Of a DNA stretch of 64,000 nt, positions 37,568 through 46,915 are shown in pieces. How positions within the stretch are numbered: the first letter of the stretch is position 1; each line of letters opens with the position of its first letter. A program made the position numbers and the translations under genes. Location: the NCBI GenBank assembly GCA_943372645.1, contig CALRZN010000002.1, positions 77,192-141,191 of the forward strand, in the 5' to 3' direction. The stretch comes from Chitinophaga pinensis (GTDB lineage: Bacteria > Bacteroidota > Bacteroidia > Palsa-965). The notes under the pieces were generated by a model, which worked only from the letters and a program-made list of their open reading frames with translations, was not told the DNA's origin and made no database searches.

Positions 37568-38674
37568 ATGCTCATCTGTCGCACCTGTTACGCAACCTAT
37601 CCTGAAAAAGATGCCGTGTGGCGCTGCAAATGCGGCGGCCTGCTCGACCTTGATTTTAATCCCGCGCTGTCGCTGAAAAAACTGGCGGGCCGGGCATACA
37701 ACCTCTGGCGCTACCGCGAAGCATTGCCGGTGAAGTACGACAAAAACATTGTTTCGTTCAGCGAAGGTTTTACACCATTGCTGCCCGTTGCCTTCGGCAG
37801 CAAAAAAGCGTGGATCAAACAGGATCAGTTGTTTCCCTCCGGTTCGTATAAAGATCGCGGAACAACCGTGTTGCTTAGTAAACTGAAAGAACTCGGCATC
37901 CGACAAATCCTGGAAGATTCATCCGGTAATGCCGGATGTTCCATTGCTGCATACAGTGCACGCGCCGGCATCCGCTGCGACATTTATGTACCCGCCACGG
38001 CATCGCCTTCCAAGCTGGCGCAGATAAAAGCATACGGCGCAAAACTGGTCCAGGTAAACGGATCGCGGGAAGATACAGCAGCAGCGGCATGGCTGGCTTC
38101 CGCAAAAATGTATTACGCCAGTCATTGCTGGAACCCGTATTTTTTTCACGGCACCAAAACGTTTGCGTACGAAGTGTGCGAACAGCTCGGCTGGAAAGCG
38201 CCCGACACCGTGGTGCTTCCCGTAGGAAACGGAACGCTGGTAATCGGAGCGTGGATTGGTTTTACGGAACTGTACGACCTCGGCATCATTAAAAAACGGC
38301 CGCGCATCATCGGTATCCAGGTAAGCGCCTGCAACCCGGTGGCAAAAGCATTTGATGCAAAACAACGTGAAGTTACTGCAGCCGAAAAAAAACCAACCAT
38401 CGCCGAAGGCATCGCAACGTCAAACCCGGTGCGTGGTAATCAAATCCTGGAATGCATCCGCGAATCGGACGGGATGTGCATCAGTGTGGAAGAACCAGCC
38501 ATTGCCGATGCGTTCCGCAAAATGGCGCACGAAGGATTTTTTATTGAAATGACATCTGCCGCTGTAATTGCAGGATTGTCGCAATACATGCAAACTGCAG
38601 GCGCAAGAGAAAACGTGGTTTCGCTGTTTACCGGGCACGGGTTAAAAACGGCCGATCATCCGCTGCTGAAATAA
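37568..38674 (+). CDS. Threonine-synthase-like PLP-dependent enzyme with N-terminal zinc ribbon
   Basis: CRTCYATY…CKCGG zinc ribbon. SGSYKDRG (PLP-lysine motif of the Trp-synthase-beta/ThrC fold). 368 aa. No thrA/thrB neighbours. Confidence 0.78.
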   Translation: MLICRTCYATYPEKDAVWRCKCGGLLDLDFNPALSLKKLAGRAYNLWRYREALPVKYDKNIVSFSEGFTPLLPVAFGSKKAWIKQDQLFPSGSYKDRGTTVLLSKLKELGIRQILEDSSGNAGCSIAAYSARAGIRCDIYVPATASPSKLAQIKAYGAKLVQVNGSREDTAAAAWLASAKMYYASHCWNPYFFHGTKTFAYEVCEQLGWKAPDTVVLPVGNGTLVIGAWIGFTELYDLGIIKKRPRIIGIQVSACNPVAKAFDAKQREVTAAEKKPTIAEGIATSNPVRGNQILECIRESDGMCISVEEPAIADAFRKMAHEGFFIEMTSAAVIAGLSQYMQTAGARENVVSLFTGHGLKTADHPLLK

Positions 38675-38682
38675 TTTGCCTT

Positions 38683-40800
38683 CTACCGCGCAATGAGCAA
38701 TCGTTTTGTCGCAGCGCCTTTCGTTGTTTCAATACGGATGAGGTACATGCCCGCCGCCAGGTTGCCGGCAGCAAGTTCATAATACTGTCGTTTTTCGCCG
38801 CTGCATACAAATTGCTCGGTTTGTATTATCCGCCCGGAAAGATCGAGCACGGCTGCGTACACCTTGTTTCCCGCAGGTGCATCAAACTCCAGCGCAATGC
38901 GATCGTTTCCCGCTCCAATAAACAACGGATTCGGATACACCACCAGGTTCAGTTCATCTTCCGGTGGCGGTGTGCCGGTAATAATAAGCTGCGGGGCAAA
39001 GTGCAGAACAAGATCGTCATCGTCCCAATTCGATTGCATCACGGTCAGCGGGTTTCCGTTTTCGTCTTCTGCTTTTACAAGATCGAGCAGTTGCCCGTGA
39101 TCGGCAATAAAACTGATCATCGAATCGAGCGGCAGCAATGCAGACGGAACAATCACTGTAAGTGTATCGCCATCGAGGCGCGAAGTAAACGTAACACCAT
39201 CGCGTTGCCGCCAGTAATCGCCGAACGTTTCAATATCAGAAAGGAATACGCCACCCGGCAGCTGGCTGATGAGGCTCATTTCTGCCGTCAGTTTATACAT
39301 GCGGTTCGGATGAATGAGCAGGATGTTTGCCGCATTGTTGGCGCGGTTACGGTTAATCACATCCAGCCATATTGCTACTTTCTGCGGATAATTGGTGTTA
39401 TCAATCGGGTTGCTCTGAAACACATCGGAAATGGTCATCGGTATTTCCCAGATGGTGTTTGACAACATACCGTTCGAGTTTTTATCAAAGCGTCCGCGAA
39501 ACGGAAAATGCGTAAGCACATCTGCCGCCGCGTTGGTTGTGTTATATGTGTACCCAAGCGTATCCAGCGCATTTATCATTTTCGGATTGTACGCCAGGTG
39601 CCCGGAGCGGAATGTGCGGATGGTTACGCCGTAATCGTTTTCGAGAATCTGTTTCGACACCTGCAGTTCGCCATACACGCTGCCCCCGGCGGTGGGTCCG
39701 TTGGTCGGATAATAGGGCAGGTAATTCCCCTGCGTGTTGTTCTGGTTGCCCAGCGGGAAAATCGTTGGTGAATCAAAATCAGGGAAATGCCCTACCGAAT
39801 GGCTGGCAAGAAAATGGCCTTTGCCAAGCACATACTGTACTTTCGGAATGCTGGAGGCGTTGTAAAAATCACTCAGCCAGTCGTCGTTTATATAATGCGT
39901 GGTAATGAGGTACGTGCTTTTCACACCGATGTTAAATTCATAATCGGCATAATGACTCATCGTATCATACGCGGTAGTTGCATCCACATCGTGTGTGATT
40001 AGCAAACTGGTGGTGCTGGTTCCGGGGCTGGTATGCAGCCACACGGCGCGCGGGGTTTTTAATGTGTAAATGCCTTTGAGGAAAAACATCACCGCATCCG
40101 ATGTGGGTTCAAACCCGTTGGAATAAACGCGCTGCGCTTCGTAATCCAGGTTCAGCTGGTTGGTCTGGCACAGGCTTTTGAACGAAAAACCGAGCGCATA
40201 GGTTGTTCCCTGGCCGGAGGTGTTGCGCACAATCGCATCGGTAAGGTCGTCGTATTTGCCAAGGCTTTGCCCGGAAGCAATTGTATAATTACGCGTGGTA
40301 ATCACATTTACGTACGATGCACGGCCCAGGCTTATTTTAACTTCTGCCGTATCGTTCAGCCAGCGGCATTCGGCAGGCGCGGCGGCGGTATCAAACGTCA
40401 TGGTATAACGTGTGGTTGCAGATGCAACAGCCGAAACACCGAACAGGTTGAACAGCGCATTATCGGTAACAATGGGCGCCACCAGTGTTCCGCCCCGGCT
40501 CACAAACGCCGCCAACGAATCGCGTTCGGGCTGGTTCATGGTGCTGCTTTGCAGACGCGAGGAGGCAATGATCATCCCATATTGCATGGCCGTGTCCACA
40601 TTCGTCGTAACAACAAACGGGATGCCCGCCAGTTTCAGAAAATGCCGGGCAGAATAAATTTCGCCGTCGGAGGTTTCGTTGTTTCGCGCCGTACAATCAA
40701 GCAGGGCCACACTGCGTTGTTTAACTGCTGCGGGCTGCGAAAAGCAGAGGGCCGCGGAGCAGGCGAGTACAATGGTAAAAAGGGTCTTCATGGTTTGCAT
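38683..40800 (-). CDS. Secreted polysaccharide deacetylase (NodB-homology) domain protein with T9SS C-terminal domain
   Basis: Signal peptide. ITHDVDA (Asp-Asp motif) and ASHSVGHFPDF (H-S-x-x-H-P motif) in the NodB-homology region. C-terminus VVYPNPLF…GMYLIRIET is a Por CTD. Confidence 0.68.
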   Translation of the reverse strand: MQTMKTLFTIVLACSAALCFSQPAAVKQRSVALLDCTARNNETSDGEIYSARHFLKLAGIPFVVTTNVDTAMQYGMIIASSRLQSSTMNQPERDSLAAFVSRGGTLVAPIVTDNALFNLFGVSAVASATTRYTMTFDTAAAPAECRWLNDTAEVKISLGRASYVNVITTRNYTIASGQSLGKYDDLTDAIVRNTSGQGTTYALGFSFKSLCQTNQLNLDYEAQRVYSNGFEPTSDAVMFFLKGIYTLKTPRAVWLHTSPGTSTTSLLITHDVDATTAYDTMSHYADYEFNIGVKSTYLITTHYINDDWLSDFYNASSIPKVQYVLGKGHFLASHSVGHFPDFDSPTIFPLGNQNNTQGNYLPYYPTNGPTAGGSVYGELQVSKQILENDYGVTIRTFRSGHLAYNPKMINALDTLGYTYNTTNAAADVLTHFPFRGRFDKNSNGMLSNTIWEIPMTISDVFQSNPIDNTNYPQKVAIWLDVINRNRANNAANILLIHPNRMYKLTAEMSLISQLPGGVFLSDIETFGDYWRQRDGVTFTSRLDGDTLTVIVPSALLPLDSMISFIADHGQLLDLVKAEDENGNPLTVMQSNWDDDDLVLHFAPQLIITGTPPPEDELNLVVYPNPLFIGAGNDRIALEFDAPAGNKVYAAVLDLSGRIIQTEQFVCSGEKRQYYELAAGNLAAGMYLIRIETTKGAATKRLLIAR

Positions 40801-40877
40801 TTCAAATATAACATATTATGTGTTCTTGCTTCGGAAAACCGGCTGTTTTCCGTATGTTTGGAGGAAATAATTGCATT

Positions 40878-41951
40878 ATGAAAAAACTTTTACTCGCTTC
40901 CTGCTGCCTCTTTTCAATGTACGCCCTCCAGGCACAAACCTTCAGTTCTCCTGAAAGTGTGGAATACGACGGCGTAAACAACCGCTGGATTGTAGGCCAG
41001 AACGGCTCCGGCATTATACACATTTACAGCCCTGCCTCTTCTTCGCTGGTTCAGCTGGGAAGCACCACGCTGCCAAGCGGACCGCACGGCCTCGAAGTGC
41101 TCGGCAACACGTTGTATGCCTGCGACGGCAATGCCATCAAGGGATTTGACCTCACCACCGGCGCCCAGGTGTTTAATGTAAACCTCGGCGCAACGTTTCT
41201 GAACGGACTTACTTCCGACGGCGGGCATTTTTTATTCACGACTGATTTCACTGCGAAAAAAATATACCGGGTAAATACAAATACCAGTTCGTATAACCTG
41301 ATGACCAACACCACCTACACACCCAACGGTATTTATTACGACGGCGCAAACAACCGCTGCGTATTTGTAAACTGGGGTTCAACGGCCCGTGTGCAGGCCA
41401 TGAGCCTGGCCGATTCTACGGTATCAACATTATACACCACAGCAACCAGTAACATTGACGGCATTACCCGCGACCTGCAGGGCAACTGGTACATCACCAC
41501 CTGGGGCGGCAATGCGCTGCGGATGTTTGATGCTACATTTTCAACCGCACCAACCAGTGTAATGACCGGACTTTCGAGCCCGGCCGATATTGACATTAAC
41601 GCGGCCGGCGATTCCATCGGTATTCCGAATTCGGGCAATGCGAACAACGTGGTTTTTTATGCTGTTCCTTCTTCGCTCGGTATTCCGCAGCATGTTGCTC
41701 CGCTGCAGGCCATGGATTGTTTTCCGAACCCGGCCGTTACCGAAGTACGTATCGTGCTCGAACAGGCGGTTGAAAACGCAATGCTTATTTTGTTTGATGC
41801 TTCCGGCAAAAAAGTGTCGGAACAGGCTGCAAATGGAAATCAGTTCACTGTTTCGCGCAACAACCTGGCCGACGGATTTTATTATGTGGCGCTTTACAAC
41901 AGCACACAGCAACTGATCGCCCTGCAAAAGGTAGCGCTCATGCCGCAGTAA
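40878..41951 (+). CDS. Secreted beta-propeller (NHL/SMP-30-like) protein with T9SS C-terminal domain
   Basis: Signal peptide MKKLLLASCCLFSMYALQAQ. Repeated propeller blades (…GNTLYACDG…, …GNWYITTWGG…). C-terminal CFPNPAVTEVRIVL…GFYYVAL CTD. Confidence 0.62.
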   Translation: MKKLLLASCCLFSMYALQAQTFSSPESVEYDGVNNRWIVGQNGSGIIHIYSPASSSLVQLGSTTLPSGPHGLEVLGNTLYACDGNAIKGFDLTTGAQVFNVNLGATFLNGLTSDGGHFLFTTDFTAKKIYRVNTNTSSYNLMTNTTYTPNGIYYDGANNRCVFVNWGSTARVQAMSLADSTVSTLYTTATSNIDGITRDLQGNWYITTWGGNALRMFDATFSTAPTSVMTGLSSPADIDINAAGDSIGIPNSGNANNVVFYAVPSSLGIPQHVAPLQAMDCFPNPAVTEVRIVLEQAVENAMLILFDASGKKVSEQAANGNQFTVSRNNLADGFYYVALYNSTQQLIALQKVALMPQ

Positions 41952-41972
41952 TCATTTTACTGTTCACGTCCC

Positions 41973-44045
41973 GTGGCGAAGAAAAAAAACCAAGCGCCGG
42001 ATGTCGTTCCCGGTAAAACCAGTTTCCTGACACAGCAGCGTTTCCCGTTGTTGCTGGTATTGCTTGTTTTTATTGTTTTCGGTAACTCCATCCGCAACAA
42101 CTATGCGATGGATGACGAGTACTTTACCAATGGCGGATCTTCGCCGCTCAACGATCACATCCGGCAAGGCTTCAGCGGTATTCCTGCCATTTTCAAATCG
42201 CGTACATTTTTCGGTGAAGACGGCGGAGGCTCATCATACCGCCCCGTTGCCGCAGCCACATTTGCCGTTGAATATGCACTGGCCGGAGAGCGTCCGCAGC
42301 TGAGTCATTTCATCAGCCTGCTGTTGTATGCCGTAATCGTGGTGCTGCTGTTTGCATTGCTGCGGCGCTGGTTTAAGGCGCAGGGCGACTGGTTTGCATT
42401 TTTTATTGCGTTGCTGTTCCTGGTGCATCCGTTGCATACAGAAGTGGTTGACAACATCAAGTGCCGCGACGAACTGCTTGCTTTGCTGGGCGGCATCGGC
42501 TGCCTCTATTTTGCGTGGCGGTTTTACGAAACCAAAAAAATCGTTTTCCTGGTGGTGTACCCGTTGTTTTTCTTTGCCGGGTTGCTTTCCAAATACACCA
42601 TCATTCCCTGGATCGCTGCGTTTCCGCTTGCATTTTATTTTTTCAGCGACCTGAAAATAAAACAGATCCTGCTGTACCTGCTGCCGGTGCTGGTGGCTGC
42701 ATTATTCACGGCGGCGATTCAGCAGCTGTGGCTGCCGCCGCAGGACCGTGTATTCCAGTTGCAGGAAAACCCGTTTTATACCGAACATATCGGATTGGGT
42801 TCGCGTATTGCAACGGCCAGCCTCATCAGTGGTAAATACCTGTTGCTGCAACTGTTTCCGCACCCGCTGCTGTTTTATTACGGCTACCGCAAAGTGGAAG
42901 TGGTTGGTTTTGACAACATCTTCGCGATTCTTTCGCTGCTCGTTTTTGGTGCGCTCGTATTTCTTGCGTTCAAAGGCTTCCGCAAAAAAACAATTTGGGC
43001 CTTTGCCATTTTGTTTTTCGGTTTACACATTGCGGCCTATTCAAACCTGCTGCGCCCTGCTCCGGGACTGATGGCGGAGCGGTACGCCCTTTCCGCTTCG
43101 CTGGGCTTTTGCATTGCGCTGGTGTGGCTGGTGTTTTACCTGCTGAAAAACAATCCTGAACGGTTTGCCTGGAACAGCAGCCGCGCCGGGTATATAATTA
43201 CAGGTGTGGCTTTGCTTTTCGGGATACGGACACTGGTGCGTAACGGCGACTGGTTCGATAAAATGACGTTGTATAACAACGATATTGAATACCTCGAAGA
43301 GTCGGCCAAAGCCAACCTGATGCTGGGCGGGCATCTTGCCGAAAGCTCCATCGCACTGAACCGGGAAGCACAGCAGCTGGAAGCGCAGGGCCTGCGCGCA
43401 GAGGCACAAATCCGTTACAACCGCGCCGACTCGATGCTGCGCGAAGGTGTAGCGCGGATGGAACGCGCCATCAGCATTGATTCCGGTTATACCAAAGCAT
43501 GGAATAACCTCGGCAGTTATTACTACATGCAGGCCGATTACAAACGCGCGATTCAAACGTATAAAAAAAGTATTCTGCGCGATTCGGCAAACCATGTGGC
43601 ATGGACCAACATGGGCCTGTGTTTTGTAAATCTGAAAAACGATTCGGTGGCTGAAAAATGTTTCCGTTCGGCCATAGAAGTTGATTCGGCCTACATGCCG
43701 GCATACCAGGGACTGGCGCAATTGCTTACCGCAAAAAAACAGGCACCGGAAGCGATCGCGCTGCTGCAGCGGGCCACGAAAATAAATCCGGCCGAAGCAA
43801 ACATTCCGCTGGAAGCACTTTCGCGCATTGCCCTCGCACAGGGCGATACGTCATCCGCTTCTTACCTTATGGCAGATGCAATGCTGATTAAACCCGGCAA
43901 CGTACAACTGATGCGCAACCTCGCAGGATATTTCAGCAGCAAAGGCGATCAGCAAAAAGCCGATGCAATGCTGCAGAAAGTAAAAGCCGTCGAAGAAAAA
44001 GAAAAACGCTCGTTTGCCGGACGCAAAGCAAAAAAGCGGCGGTAA
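41973..44045 (+). CDS. TMTC-like membrane glycosyltransferase (PMT_2/DUF1736 multi-TM domain) with C-terminal TPR repeats
   Basis: YRPVAAATFAVEYAL, HPLHTEVVDNIKCRDELLA and roughly 10 TM helices, as in TMTC/ArnT-like GT-C enzymes. The C-terminal 300 aa contain TPR units (AWNNLGSYYY…, AWTNMGLCF…). Confidence 0.68.
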   Translation: MAKKKNQAPDVVPGKTSFLTQQRFPLLLVLLVFIVFGNSIRNNYAMDDEYFTNGGSSPLNDHIRQGFSGIPAIFKSRTFFGEDGGGSSYRPVAAATFAVEYALAGERPQLSHFISLLLYAVIVVLLFALLRRWFKAQGDWFAFFIALLFLVHPLHTEVVDNIKCRDELLALLGGIGCLYFAWRFYETKKIVFLVVYPLFFFAGLLSKYTIIPWIAAFPLAFYFFSDLKIKQILLYLLPVLVAALFTAAIQQLWLPPQDRVFQLQENPFYTEHIGLGSRIATASLISGKYLLLQLFPHPLLFYYGYRKVEVVGFDNIFAILSLLVFGALVFLAFKGFRKKTIWAFAILFFGLHIAAYSNLLRPAPGLMAERYALSASLGFCIALVWLVFYLLKNNPERFAWNSSRAGYIITGVALLFGIRTLVRNGDWFDKMTLYNNDIEYLEESAKANLMLGGHLAESSIALNREAQQLEAQGLRAEAQIRYNRADSMLREGVARMERAISIDSGYTKAWNNLGSYYYMQADYKRAIQTYKKSILRDSANHVAWTNMGLCFVNLKNDSVAEKCFRSAIEVDSAYMPAYQGLAQLLTAKKQAPEAIALLQRATKINPAEANIPLEALSRIALAQGDTSSASYLMADAMLIKPGNVQLMRNLAGYFSSKGDQQKADAMLQKVKAVEEKEKRSFAGRKAKKRR

Positions 44046-44127
44046 CCTCTGCCGGAACGCACCTGGCGGCGCATTCTTTTTTAGCTTAACTTTGATATCC
44101 GATCATCCCTTTTTAAAAACCGATCCC

Positions 44128-45684
44128 ATGAAAACAAACCTTTTCCCCTTTGTTTGTGCTGCCTTGCTTGCTGCGGCACAACTACCTGCCCAAAACGACA
44201 CCTGGTATTTCGGTAACGGAGCCGGGCTGCATTTTAACGGTATAATCACCACACCGGCAGGCGGCTCACTGCTTAACACAAGCGAAGGCTGCGCAACGGT
44301 TGTTGATTTTAACGGCAATGTGGCCATGTACACGGACGGCGTGAATATCTGGAACGGCGCACATGTTTTGCAATCATCCTCCGCAGGTTCGCTTGGCGGT
44401 CACCCATCGTCCACACAGGCTGCACTTATCGTTCCGCTGCCTTCTCCGAACTGCGGCAAATATTTTATTTTCACCACACAGGCGGTGGAATCGGATTACG
44501 GAGTAACTGCCGGCCCGAACAACCTGGCCTCCAGTTCGGGGCTGCGTGTTTCGCTCGCAACAGTTACAGGAACAGCACCATCCACAACAGTTACCATATT
44601 GCCTGCTGACCGGGATGTCAATCTTACGCCCGGCATTCTTATGTCAGAACGGCTCACCGCAGTTGATGACGGCAGCAACGGCTGCTGGGTGATTGCGCAC
44701 GGAGCCGGAACGTATTCGAATCCGAACACGACCTCGCCTATAAACATCGCGGGAGAAAAAAGTTTTTACACCGTTCACATTACGAACGCTACACCAACAG
44801 TGGCGTCTTTATCTGTTAACTCCACCTCTTTTACGCCATCACCGCATGTTTCTTATTCACATCCGTATCCGGGAAATTCGAATGCATACTTTACCCAGGG
44901 ACAACTGAAAGCAACCATGGGCGGAACGCGTCTCGGAGTTGCTATGAGTTATGGCTTCGAGGTGCAGCTGTATGACTTTAATCCTTCTTCCGGGGCCGTT
45001 TCAAACCAGGTATTGCTGAACGGAACAAACTTTGCTTTTGACCCGTTCAGCGAAGCCACAGTTTACGGACTTGAGTTTTCACCAAACGGAAACCTGCTGT
45101 ATGTAACAACTACGTTTGGCGGGATGTACGATTATATTTACCAGTTCGACCTTACGGCAAGCAATGTGGCGGCTTCGCGCGTAGCCATTGATTCGATTCC
45201 GGGTAATTATGCGTTCGGACAGATGCAGCTCGCCCGTAACGGCAAGATTTACATTGCGAAACAGCCCACACTTTCAACAGGATCGCTTGATGTGATTAAT
45301 AATCCGAATGCCCAGGGCCTTGGATGCAACCATGCTTCTGCAGCGGTTCCTATAGGTGGTTTTTCCCGCCTTGGTTTACCAACGGTTGTGTTTTACAGCC
45401 CCTGTGATAAGTTCAGTTCCATCGGTAACGAATACAGCGACAATGCAAACAATGCCATGCAGCTGATTCCGGCCGGCAACGACGTTACGCATGTGGTGCT
45501 GTCCGATCGGCCCGACGGGGGAAAAATAAACGTGTTCAACAGCATCGGGCAGCTCGTGCTGGGCGTGCGCTGCGAAGGCACCACTACCGCACTGCAAACC
45601 GGCGTGCTGCCTCCGGGTGTTTATATTGTTTCGTATGAAAACGGGATGAAACGCCTGAGCAAACGACTTGTGATCAGCCGGTAA
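44128..45684 (+). CDS. Secreted T9SS cargo protein, YVTN-like beta-propeller
   Basis: Signal peptide MKTNLFPFVCAALLAAAQLPAQ. N-terminal WYFGNGAGLHFNG…TSEGCATVVDFNGN. C-terminal VFNSIGQLVLG…GVYIVSYENG is a Por CTD. Paralog of 46916..48970. Confidence 0.68.
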   Translation: MKTNLFPFVCAALLAAAQLPAQNDTWYFGNGAGLHFNGIITTPAGGSLLNTSEGCATVVDFNGNVAMYTDGVNIWNGAHVLQSSSAGSLGGHPSSTQAALIVPLPSPNCGKYFIFTTQAVESDYGVTAGPNNLASSSGLRVSLATVTGTAPSTTVTILPADRDVNLTPGILMSERLTAVDDGSNGCWVIAHGAGTYSNPNTTSPINIAGEKSFYTVHITNATPTVASLSVNSTSFTPSPHVSYSHPYPGNSNAYFTQGQLKATMGGTRLGVAMSYGFEVQLYDFNPSSGAVSNQVLLNGTNFAFDPFSEATVYGLEFSPNGNLLYVTTTFGGMYDYIYQFDLTASNVAASRVAIDSIPGNYAFGQMQLARNGKIYIAKQPTLSTGSLDVINNPNAQGLGCNHASAAVPIGGFSRLGLPTVVFYSPCDKFSSIGNEYSDNANNAMQLIPAGNDVTHVVLSDRPDGGKINVFNSIGQLVLGVRCEGTTTALQTGVLPPGVYIVSYENGMKRLSKRLVISR

Positions 45685-45697
45685 AAAAATACAGGTG

Positions 45698-45737
45698 AAA
45701 AAAAACCGTCCCGGCCTGGCCGGGACGGTTTTTTTAT
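45698..45737. terminator. Bidirectional rho-independent terminator
   Basis: aaaaaaaa-ccgtcccggc-ctg-gccgggacgg-ttttttt, between convergent genes. Confidence 0.75.
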
Positions 45738-45751
45738 TGTTTCATTGCGGG

Positions 45752-46513
45752 TTATTTAAAAATGTCATTCAGCACCGCAGCCAGCCGCAGGCCGCCTTTG
45801 GCAATCTGGGTTTCGATTACTTCCTTGTTCCATTCGAGGTACTCGGGTTGAATGGTTTTGTTTTTAAAATTGTACACATTCGCCAGCAGTTCGCGCGAGT
45901 CGTACATCCACACCGTCGGGTTAATCTGGCCGATGGTGAGCTTTTCACTTTTGCTCCACCCGCTCACAATGCGTGTACAGCGGCGCAGTGAAATGTCTTT
46001 GTCTTTGATGATTCCGCTGTCCCAGAAACTGTGCAGGCTGGTGGTATCTTTTCCAACCTTTACGGTTACTTTGTTTCCGCCCTGGTCTGTTCCGTATCCC
46101 ACATGCAGCGGCTGTGTAATATCGCCGCACAAATGAAACAGGATTTTCAGATCGCGCTGCACATCGGCATTTTTCATGTTTTTATAGTTGCGCAATTCAT
46201 TGATGATGGAATCGAGCACGCAGGTGGCATCGCCTTTCGGACTGCGTTTGTATGATTTACCCTCGTCAATATTCACATAATGCCAGGGTTTCATGTAATC
46301 GAGCGAATGATCTGTTTTCTTTATATCATCCATCCATGTTGCCGCTTTTGCAAATGAAAACGTATCGAGGTACTGCTGCACTTTTGCCTCAATCCCTTTG
46401 TCGAGGTTTTTGCGTGCAACTTCTGCAACATACTGATGGCCCTGGCTTCCCCAGGCGAAAGAAAAAAGCGGCAGCAACAGTGCGGCAACCGTGAGTCTGT
46501 GTTTTGAAAACAT
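45752..46513 (-). CDS. S1/P1-family zinc nuclease
   Basis: Signal peptide, then mature N-terminus WGSQGHQYVAEVA (the conserved Trp-1/His pair of P1/S1 nucleases), and HLCGDITQPLH. Confidence 0.82.
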   Translation of the reverse strand: MFSKHRLTVAALLLPLFSFAWGSQGHQYVAEVARKNLDKGIEAKVQQYLDTFSFAKAATWMDDIKKTDHSLDYMKPWHYVNIDEGKSYKRSPKGDATCVLDSIINELRNYKNMKNADVQRDLKILFHLCGDITQPLHVGYGTDQGGNKVTVKVGKDTTSLHSFWDSGIIKDKDISLRRCTRIVSGWSKSEKLTIGQINPTVWMYDSRELLANVYNFKNKTIQPEYLEWNKEVIETQIAKGGLRLAAVLNDIFK

Positions 46514-46915
46514 GTTCGTGCGAATTAAATTATTTTATATCGTTTTTGTAAGCGTTATGCAATGTAAGTAATCTTTCAAAAACTCCTGCTTCACCTGTCT
46601 GCCGGTTTGTTTTAAAAATAAACACGCGATAAATCGTTACAGAACAGCTGTTTTACAAGGCTTTTCGGCGCATTTCCTGAAAATCGTTTACTAAATGAAC
46701 ATGGTCAGATAACTTTTTGTTGCCTCATGGTTTTCGGTTAGCCTATACATTCGTATCAAATTAATCCGTTGCACAATCCGCGGTGAATAAAACATCGCTG
46801 GTGTGCGATACCGATCCGCTATTTCACAGCGCTTGCCGCATCCCGGTTTTTTGCCGGGCTGAAACAGTATTGTCTTTTTTGAAATGCACTTTATACTAAC
46901 CAAAACACAATTTTT

